Assembly (NCBI RefSeq): GCF_006345805.1
Contig: NW_021829709.1
Coordinates: forward strand, 1-5,963
Direction of reading: 5' to 3'
DNA: 5,963 nucleotides
DNA from: Octopus sinensis
Taxonomy: Eukaryota
Both the position numbers and the translations under genes were made by a program. Below the pieces are notes generated by a model, which did not search any database, had not been told where the DNA came from, and was given only the letters and a program-made list of their open reading frames with translations. Of the stretch, positions 1 to 5,540 are shown in pieces. Within the stretch, counting starts at the first letter, position 1, and each line of letters opens with the position of its first letter.

Positions 1-74
1 TTAAGAATTGGGCCCCTAGATCCGCGAGGTCCCTAAACAACTGCACGGTGTGTCCATATCTTAAGACGACACTG
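1..74. mobile_element. Possible terminus of a non-autonomous DNA transposon (hAT/MITE-like), cut by the window edge
   Basis: The reverse complement of 61-74 reads CAGTGTCGTCTTAA, with GGGCCCC just inside (10-16). This resembles CAG(G/T)G(C/T)CGTCTTAA...GGGCCCC ends of animal hAT-like MITEs as I recall them. The other terminus is not in the window, so no TIR pair or TSD can be confirmed. Confidence 0.25.
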
Positions 75-207
75 CATGTCTGTAGATGGATGGTTGGATG
101 CCTACACGCTAGCCTTTATAAAACCACATCGTCTATGTAACATGGAACAAATCCCAAATTTACCACATGTTTGTGTAGCGTAAATGTTAGGGTATGTATA
201 TATTAAA

Positions 208-261
208 GATCGCCTGTATATATATATATACACACAAATATATATATATATATACACACAC
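208..261. repeat. Compound (TA)n/(CA)n microsatellite
   Basis: Two TATATA runs, each followed by CACACA, seen directly. Confidence 0.9.
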
Positions 262-382
262 AAGGGTGCCCATTGCAGGGAAAGTTAAAAAGAGGTGCAG
301 GTGGTCGTTTAGAAACTGGACTGGCAAAACTGGAGCGATGGGGGTAGACGTACAGAAGGAAGAAAGTTTAAAATTTTTACAG

Positions 383-504
383 GAAAAGGAAAAAATTAAT
401 TGAAAATAAATCGGAGAAAGAAGAAAGGAAAAACCAAAAAGAAAAATCCACCTACCGGCTGAGAAAGATTATAAAGTTCCGTTATACATGTTTGAAGTTC
501 CGAC
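383..504 (+). CDS. Candidate internal exon, Lys-rich, unknown product (KRKKLIENKSEKEERKNQKEKSTYRLRKIIKFRYTCLKFR)
   Basis: Acceptor TTTTTACAG|G at 374-383 and consensus donor AC|GTAAGT at 503-510. Only one of three frames (codons from 384) is open across the 122 nt. No recognisable protein family. Confidence 0.3.
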
Positions 505-534
505 GTAAGTCTGACAGATTTGCCTAAGTCTCCT

Positions 535-925
535 GTGTGTATATGTGTGTGTATGTGCGTGTGTGTATAAGTGCAGGGACTGACCTGGTAATGTGTGTGT
601 ATGTGTATGTACAAGTGTGGAGACTGACCTGTTAACATGTGTGTGTGTGTATGTACAGGAGTAGGACTGGCCTGCTAGTATGTATGTGTATGTGTGAATA
701 GCATGGTGAATGTGTGTTACGTGTGCATATGTATATGTATATGAATGTATTTGTATGTGACTAGCATAATAGATGTTGAGTTAAGTGTTTGTGCGTGTGT
801 GACTAATATACAACATGTATGTTGTGTGTGTGTGTATGTATGTGAATGTATGCGAGTAAGTGTATTTGTATGTGTGTGTGTGAGAGAGAGAGATGGTAGA
901 ATGTTTATGTATGCGAGACTATATG
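535..925. repeat. Compound (TG)n/(TATG)n tract containing a degenerate 43-44 bp minisatellite and a (GA)n run
   Basis: GACTGACCTG at 578 and 622 and GACTGGCCTG at 665, separated by TG/TATG runs. GTGACTA motifs recur further on. (GA)n lies at about 882-891. Confidence 0.85.
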
Positions 926-951
926 GGGACTGTTCGAGGTGATGGTTAGGG

Positions 952-952
<1 letters not shown>

Positions 953-989
<37 letters not shown>

Positions 990-1245
990 GGGGAGGGCTA
1001 TGTATGTATGAGGTGAGTACGTGAAAGTACATGAATTGTGGTACACACACACATACATACATACATACATGTGTGTGTGTGTGTGGAAATATGCAACTGA
1101 TGGTGCTGTGTGTGTGTGTATGTGTATGTGCGTGAAAGTGTGAGACAGGTTGTAGCGATGGCGTGTGTATGTATGTATGTATGTGTATATACATACAGAG
1201 GTATGAGCTCGTTGCGTTAATGTATTTATGTATGTGTATGTAAGA
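953..1245. repeat. (TA)n followed by mixed (CA)n/(TACA)n/(TG)n/(TATG)n microsatellites
   Basis: Pure TA run at about 957-983, CA/TACA to TG switch at 1043-1084, and TATG runs to about 1240. Confidence 0.9.
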
Positions 1246-1260
1246 ACGAGACTGTTGTTT

Positions 1261-1588
1261 ATCTAGCACCAGGTCAGCTCTGACCGGCTAGACCTATAAT
1301 CAAAAACATCCCTGCCGTGACCATCCCGTCTTTTTCCGTACGTGTTAAGGGAACCCAAGATGATATAATCTTTTTCTCTTTACAATCTACGGTGGAAGGG
1401 TGTCATTTAAGGGAAATTTGATTGTTATATCTAGTAAGACATTCCCGCCGCGACCATCCCGCCTTTTTCCTACGTGTAGTAGGAAACCCAGAATGGCATT
1501 CTACTAAGTCCTTTTGTCTCTTTTTCTACGACGGTAGGGTATGATTTAAGGAAGTTTCCACTGCTATTTCTAGCATGTCAAGCGACCA
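1261..1588. repeat. Diverged tandem duplication (units of about 133-139 bp), probably derived from an interspersed repeat
   Basis: GACCATCCCG at 1319 and 1452. ACAT(C/T)CC(T/C)GCCG, TACGTGT, G(G/A)AACCCA, (C/G)ATTTAAGG and TCTAG recur in the same order in both units. The motifs GACCTAT(A/G)ATCAAA...GACCATCCCGTCTTTTT and CTATTTCTAGCA.GTC.AGCGACC resemble an octopus interspersed repeat as I recall it (unverified). Confidence 0.75.
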
Positions 1589-1654
1589 CATTGATGGGGT
1601 AGTGTTGACAATAGAATGCCCTCGCATGCCTGATAATTACTGCTGCTGAAGTTA

Positions 1655-1842
1655 ATTAAATAAGAATGATTTCTACCATAAGCACGAAGCCAGAAATTGT
1701 AAGAACGCGGTAAACTTTGACCTGCTCCCTTATAAATTCCTGAAACTTCATGTTATCGACCCCTGGAAAGATAAACGAGCAAAGACGACTTCGGCGGGAT
1801 TCGAACCCAGATTATAAAGAGCTGTAACTAAAATATCTCAGG
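1655..1842 (-). mobile_element. Old, diverged tRNA-derived SINE (copy Z); 5' end lost at a (TA)n tract
   Basis: Perfect B box on the minus strand (GGGTTCGAATCCC, 1796-1808). Core TTATCGACCCC...GCAAAG.CGAC.TCGGCGG and tail TTTCTACCATAAGCACGAAGCCAGAAATT align with the copies at 3362-5080. Confidence 0.75.
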
Positions 1843-1871
1843 ATATATATATATATATTTTTTTTTTTTTC
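1843..1871. repeat. (AT)n plus poly-T
   Basis: Seen directly. Confidence 0.9.
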
Positions 1872-1999
1872 TGGTCAAACATTCTTATGATTCTGCTAAT
1901 TCGCCAACTGTTAACAAATGTTTATATTAGCCACAAGGGTAACATAAACATAAACACACACAAAAATAATTTTAATTATGTATATTCTAATGCATAGGT

Positions 2000-2092
2000 T
2001 ATTAATTAATAATTATAATCGTTATTGATGGTGTTGTTGTTATTGTTGTCACACGGGTACGATTTGCTAATCGTTGCTGTTGTTGATGTTGC
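2000..2092. repeat. Degenerate (ATT)n/(GTT)n low-complexity tract
   Basis: TTAATTAATAATTATAAT followed by GTTGTTGTTATTGTTGT and GTTGCTGTTGTTGATGTT. Confidence 0.7.
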
Positions 2093-2129
2093 TTGCATTA
2101 CTATTAGTAACAAGTTGTATTTGACAGCT

Positions 2130-2144
2130 CCGTGTGTCCGTGTG

Positions 2145-2175
<31 letters not shown>

Positions 2176-2367
2176 CCAAAAACTTACTGCAGCTACACAC
2201 ACACACACACATACATACATACATGTGTACGGACACATATACACTCACACAGACAGGCATATTTACATTTATTGAAATAATCACGCACAAATACTTATAT
2301 ACACACACACATATACACAGTGAATTAATTGCGCAGGCTCATACACACACATACACACGCGTGTGTG

Positions 2368-2372
<5 letters not shown>
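2130..2372. repeat. (GTGTCC)-type and (GT)n tract followed by (AC)n/(ATAC)n tracts
   Basis: (GT)n at 2148-2175, (AC)n at 2195-2211, further CA-rich runs to about 2360. Confidence 0.9.
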
Positions 2373-2412
<40 letters not shown>

Positions 2413-2633
2413 TATACACACACATAATTATATATAATATAATGTATAATGTATATATACATACAGACATGCGTAATTATATATAATCTATAATGTATAT
2501 GGCTATATATTTTATTATATTATATATATATTATATATATTAATATATATATTAATATATATATAATATATATATATATTATATATATATATATTCATAA
2601 TATATATATATATATTATATATATTATATATAT

Positions 2634-2675
<42 letters not shown>

Positions 2676-2720
2676 TATATATTCATATATAATTATAAAT
2701 ATATATTTACACACATACAT
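2372..2720. repeat. Long interrupted (TA)n array, about 350 bp and nearly all A/T
   Basis: Pure TA runs at about 2372-2405 and 2645-2672. An internal duplication TAATTATATATAAT..TAATGTATA occurs at about 2425 and 2474. Confidence 0.95.
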
Positions 2721-2770
2721 ACACTAGGTAGATCTGCAATTTCCTGCATATAAAACGTACATGTGTGTCC

Positions 2771-2794
2771 GAGAGAGAGAGAGAGAGAGAAAGA
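2771..2794. repeat. (GA)n microsatellite
   Basis: GAGAGAGAGAGAGAGAGAGA seen directly. Confidence 0.95.
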
Positions 2795-2873
2795 GCGTAG
2801 TCATGTAAACATATAAAAATATACACCCACCCATAAATAAATACATATCTACACAGAACTTTTATAAACTTAC

Positions 2874-2926
2874 CTGTTTCCGCTGCCGTCGCTTGCCAAC
2901 CTCAAACCACAAAACTTGAAAGAAAT
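2874..2926 (-). CDS. Candidate 53-nt micro-exon, unknown product (FFQVLWFEVGKRRQRKQ in one frame)
   Basis: Perfect donor CAG|GTAAGT (complement of 2868-2876). A 15-nt T tract (2933-2947) is followed by GACAAG| as acceptor; an alternative acceptor TTTCAAG| would start the exon at 2914. The sequence is GC-richer than its surroundings. The AAG acceptor is weak. Confidence 0.3.
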
Positions 2927-2932
2927 CTTGTC

Positions 2933-3030
2933 AAAAAAAAAAAAAAACACCCCTGTCACCACCGCCACCACCATCATCATCATCAACAATGCCACCGTAA
3001 TCATCTCCATCACCATCGTCATCACAGTCA
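2933..3030. repeat. Poly-A plus (CAC)n/(CAT)n trinucleotide tract
   Basis: A15, then CACCACCGCCACCACCATCATCATCATC and further CAT/CAC units. Confidence 0.85.
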
Positions 3031-3225
3031 TTAATATCAAGCAATACAATAACAAAGCGACAGATCCACAATAACAAAACCGACAATAGACACAGAACTT
3101 GATATTTATTTAGTGGAGGTAATGCCGTCCGAAAGCATGGCCAGCTGCTCAAGTTTGGGGCCACGGGTCGTAGGGTCGCATTTCTAAGCTGTGTGTGTTT
3201 ATGCTTTGCACAATAAGTAATTCCT

Positions 3226-3374
3226 AAAGGACCTTATGAATTGCTTTGCTTTGTTCGGGAGCTCGTAATATTGTTAAAACGGCTCCGAGGAGTAAGGTGT
3301 AGTTCTGTGTGTTGTTTTAGCGGTCTGCAAAAGGATAGGGATGAGAGGCGAAATTTGCCCTAATATAATAATCG
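3226..3374. repeat. 149-bp locally duplicated segment, copy 1
   Basis: Manual alignment to 4219-4381 shows 6 substitutions, with a 9-nt and a 5-nt extra segment in copy 2. Confidence 0.95.
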
Positions 3375-3573
3375 TTTCTGCTATTCGTACAAGGCCTGCA
3401 TTGTTAGTGGAGGAGGACAATTGATTATATCGACTCCAGTGCTCGACTACTACTTATTTCATCGACCCCGAAAGGACGAAAAGCCAAGTTGACCTAGACA
3501 GCATTTGAACTCAGACCGTAAAGCCGAAAGAAATACTGTTATGTATTTTGTCCGGAATGCTGACAATTCTGCC
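3362..3573 (-). mobile_element. tRNA-derived SINE, copy A (near full length, diverged)
   Basis: Tail (TTTCTGCTATTCGTACAAGGCCTG), core (ATCGACCCCGAAAGGACGAAAAGCCAAGTTGACCT), B-box region (ATTTGAACTCAGA) and head to ATTCTGCC are collinear with copy E. Confidence 0.9.
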
Positions 3574-3576
3574 TTA

Positions 3577-3760
3577 GTAATGATCATTCATTCTACTAAA
3601 GGCACAAGGTCTGAAATTTGGCGGGAGAAGACTCTAGTCGATTACATCGACTCCAGTACTCAACTGGTACTTATTTCAACGACTCCCTAAAGGATGAAAG
3701 GCAAAGTCGACCTCAATGGAATTTGGACTCAGAATGTAAAAACAGACGAAATGACCATAA
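3577..3760 (-). mobile_element. tRNA-derived SINE, copy B (5' part of head missing)
   Basis: TTCTACTAAAGGCACAAGGTCTGAAATTT...AGTCGATTACATCGACTCCAGT...AAAGGATGAAAGGCAAAGTCGACCTC...GGAATTTGGACTCAGAATGTAAA. Confidence 0.9.
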
Positions 3761-3811
3761 GTTTCAGAGCCAACATAGAAACAATACAATATTTTAAAAT
3801 TAAAGCGATAT

Positions 3812-3905
3812 TTTTATATTTTATCGACCCATTCGCCACGAACAGAGAGATTGAAAAGTTAAGTTGACATTGAGTGAGATTTGAAATTGCAGTCAGAATA
3901 AGGAT
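3812..3905 (-). mobile_element. Highly decayed SINE core fragment, copy C
   Basis: TATTTTATCGACCC...GAAAAGTTAAGTTGAC...GAGATTTGAA follows the same motif order as the core of the other copies, with extra bases. Confidence 0.55.
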
Positions 3906-4148
3906 CTTAACTAGAAATCCAATAAATATTTGTTCAATCAAACTACCGATTTCTAAATTAGAGACCATCTTATCACGACATATCTACAGAAGTGTACATC
4001 TCTCCCGACTTTGTTTCTTCGAAACTTTTAGAAAAATGGACTTGTGTAGGTATATGCCTTTGTCGCAAATGTTACAGATAGCGAGACATTGTATACAACC
4101 GACTCTTCTATCGGTTATATGAGAAGACTAAAAAAGACGAGCACCAAG

Positions 4149-4451
4149 AATATTCTTTTCTACTCTAGACACAAGACAACTGGTACTTAATTTTTCGACC
4201 CCCGAAAGGATGAAAGACAAAGGACCTTATGAATTGTTTTGCTTTGTTCGGGAGCCCATAATATTGTTAAAACGGCTCCGAGGAGTAAGGTGTAGTTCTG
4301 AGTACTTTGTGTGTTGTTTTAGCGGTCTGCAAAAGGACAGGGATGACAGGCGAAATATGCCCTAATATAATATAATAATCGGAATTTGAACTCAGAACAT
4401 AAAGACAGATGAAATACCGCTAAGCATTTTGCCCAGCGTACTAACGTTTCT
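4149..4451 (-). mobile_element. tRNA-derived SINE, copy D: internally deleted, interrupted by the duplicated segment, 5' end replaced by the tail of copy E
   Basis: Tail TTCTTTTCTACTCTAGACACAAG joins directly to CAACTGGTACTTAA (about 50 nt missing relative to copy B). The core runs to AAAG at 4222, then the insert, and the SINE resumes at GGAATTTGAACTCAGAAC through CTAACGTTTCT (4451). Confidence 0.9.
4219..4381. repeat. Duplicated segment, copy 2 (163 bp), inserted inside SINE copy D
   Basis: Matches 3226-3374 in direct orientation, offset 993 bp. It replaces about 10 nt of SINE sequence (TCGACCTCAG in copy E). Confidence 0.95.
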
Positions 4452-4683
4452 TATTTCTTTATTGCCCACAAGGGGCTAAACATAGAGGGGACAAACAAGG
4501 ACAGACAGAGGGATTAAGTCGATTACATCGACCCCAGTGCGTAACTGGTACTTAATTTATTGACCTCGAAAGGATGAAAGGCAAAGTCGACCTCAGCGGA
4601 ATTTGAATTCAGAACGTAAAGACAGGTGAAATACCGCTAAGCATTTCGCCCGGCGTGCTAACGTTTCTGTCAGCTCGCTGCCT
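4452..4683 (-). mobile_element. tRNA-derived SINE, copy E (full length, best preserved, alternative 3' tail)
   Basis: The minus strand starts AGGCAGCGAGC, with A-box-like TGACAGAAACGTTAG (4658-4672) and B-box-like GAATTCAAATTCC (4598-4610). The central GCCTTTCATCCTTTCGAGGTCAATAAA resembles the deeply conserved SINE domain I recall from Meta/Nin-type and Sauria SINEs. The tail ends in AAGAAAT-like repeats. Confidence 0.93.
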
Positions 4684-4744
4684 AGAGCATCGAGAATATT
4701 ACATAGAAAATACGAAAGAAGACAAAAAATGAAAAATAAACGAA

Positions 4745-4808
4745 TTATTTCTTTTAATCGCCTCAAGGATCTATCTTAAACACTGAGCGGCAGTACAAAG
4801 ACAATGGA
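4745..4808 (-). mobile_element. Decayed 3' tail fragment of the E-type SINE (copy J)
   Basis: TATTTCTTT..GCCTCAAGG..TAAACACTGAG..ACAAAGACA parallels the E tail TATTTCTTTATTGCCCACAAGG..CTAAACATAGAG..ACAAGGACA. Confidence 0.55.
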
Positions 4809-4832
4809 GTTCAGATCGAACAAAAGGTTCGC

Positions 4833-5022
4833 TAATAGCTATTTCTAATATAGGCACGAGCCAAGCAATTCTTAACGAGAGGCTGTTACTAGATTACATC
4901 AATCTTTGGGCGTTATTTTATTGGCTCTAAGAGGGACAGAAGTTAAAATTGACCTCGGAGGGGTTTGAACTCAGAACATAAAGTACTAGAAGAAATACAG
5001 CAAGATGTTTTGTCCTACGCCA
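4833..5022 (-). mobile_element. Old diverged tRNA-derived SINE, copy F
   Basis: TTTCTAATATAGGCACGAG tail, GATTACATC, TTGACCTCGG..GGTTTGAACTCAGAACATAAAG, GAAATAC and TTTTGTCC appear in the expected order. Confidence 0.8.
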
Positions 5023-5025
5023 GAA

Positions 5026-5080
5026 ATAATAAACCTTTCTACTATAGGCATAAAGCATAAGACCTGAAATTTGGGCGGGA
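5026..5080 (-). mobile_element. 3' tail-only fragment of the same SINE, copy G
   Basis: ATAATAAACCTTTCTACTATAGGCATAAAGCATAAGACCTGAAATTTGGGCGGGA matches the tails of A and B and carries a small GCATAA duplication. Confidence 0.85.
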
Positions 5081-5082
5081 TT

Positions 5083-5407
5083 CGGTTCAGTCCCATTCCA
5101 CGGCATCTTGGGTGTCTTCTACTTTAGCCCCGGGGGCTATCAAACCTTTGTGAGTGGATTTAGTAGATGGAAACTGAAGGAAGCTCATCGTGTGTGTGTG
5201 TGTGTGTGTGTGTCCTCCACCACCACTTGACAACCGATGTTGGTTTGTTTGTGTTCACTAACTTAGCGGCTAGGCGTTAAATATCGATACAAATACAACC
5301 AGGGTTTTTTTTAAAGCAAGCTTTTTAAAGCATCGGCTGGGGCCGATGTGGTCCCAGCATGGACGCAGTCGAATGACTGAAGCAAGTAAAAAGAATAAAA
5401 GATAAAA
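5083..5407 (+). mobile_element. Second SINE family (CORE-like, octopus OR-type as recalled), 5'-truncated, with internal (TG)n; copy H
   Basis: Starts at a B-box-like GGTTCAGTCCC. It continues GCATCTTGGGTGTCTTCTACT (similar to the CORE/MIR motif ACCTTGGGCAAGT), then TTGTGAGTGGATTT.GTAGA.GGAAACTGAA, (TG)n at 5190-5213, and CCAGCATGG.CGCAGTC.AATGACTGAA. It ends in AAAAGAAT-type tail repeats. Confidence 0.8.
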
Positions 5408-5540
5408 CACCGTTCACAAGATATATGTGAATGCATGCATGCTGAGGGCATTCTTGTAAAAGAAAGTCTCGAACAAGGACTTTCTTAAGAAAAGCTTTCT
5501 GGGAAAGACACGAGGATTTTGTTGTTTTTATATATATATA

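Noticed and set aside
194-1269. ORFs 194-403, 396-638, 717-1070, 745-942, 946-1269
   Set aside because: Their YI/HT/CV-rich translations come from TA, CA and TG microsatellites, which lack stops in some frames. No protein-like signal.
1790-1842. Perfect B box suggesting a tRNA gene
   Set aside because: No cloverleaf can be built, and the adjacent sequence is the SINE core and tail, so this is a SINE head.
2006-2486. ORFs 2006-2308 and 2025-2486 (153 aa, hydrophobic N-terminus)
   Set aside because: They are translations of GTT, GT, CA and TA repeats. The apparent signal peptide is a (GTT)n artefact.
2870-3164. ORFs 2870-3055 and 2931-3164
   Set aside because: Dominated by (GAT)n/(GGT)n and poly-T. 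Only the short spliced sub-segment is kept as a weak candidate.
3110-3300. Possible self-cleaving ribozyme (GTCCGAAAGC at about 3127 and the stems in the duplicated segment)
   Set aside because: No CTGANGA core paired with GAAA on either strand, and no HDV or twister topology recognised.
4030-4100. Minus-strand peptide CNICDKG resembling a C2H2 zinc-finger start
   Set aside because: Lacks the downstream F/L and HxxxH spacing and the linker.
3505-4122. ORFs 3505-3690, 3729-3968, 3874-4122
   Set aside because: They overlap SINE copies or AT-rich unique DNA. No reverse transcriptase, endonuclease or transposase motifs were recognised.
3420-4620. Recurrent TCGATTACATCGAC / AAAGGATGAAAGGCAAAGTCGACC motifs resembling a CRISPR array
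   Set aside because: Spacing is irregular, the intervening sequences are homologous SINE parts, the context is eukaryotic, and no cas genes are present.
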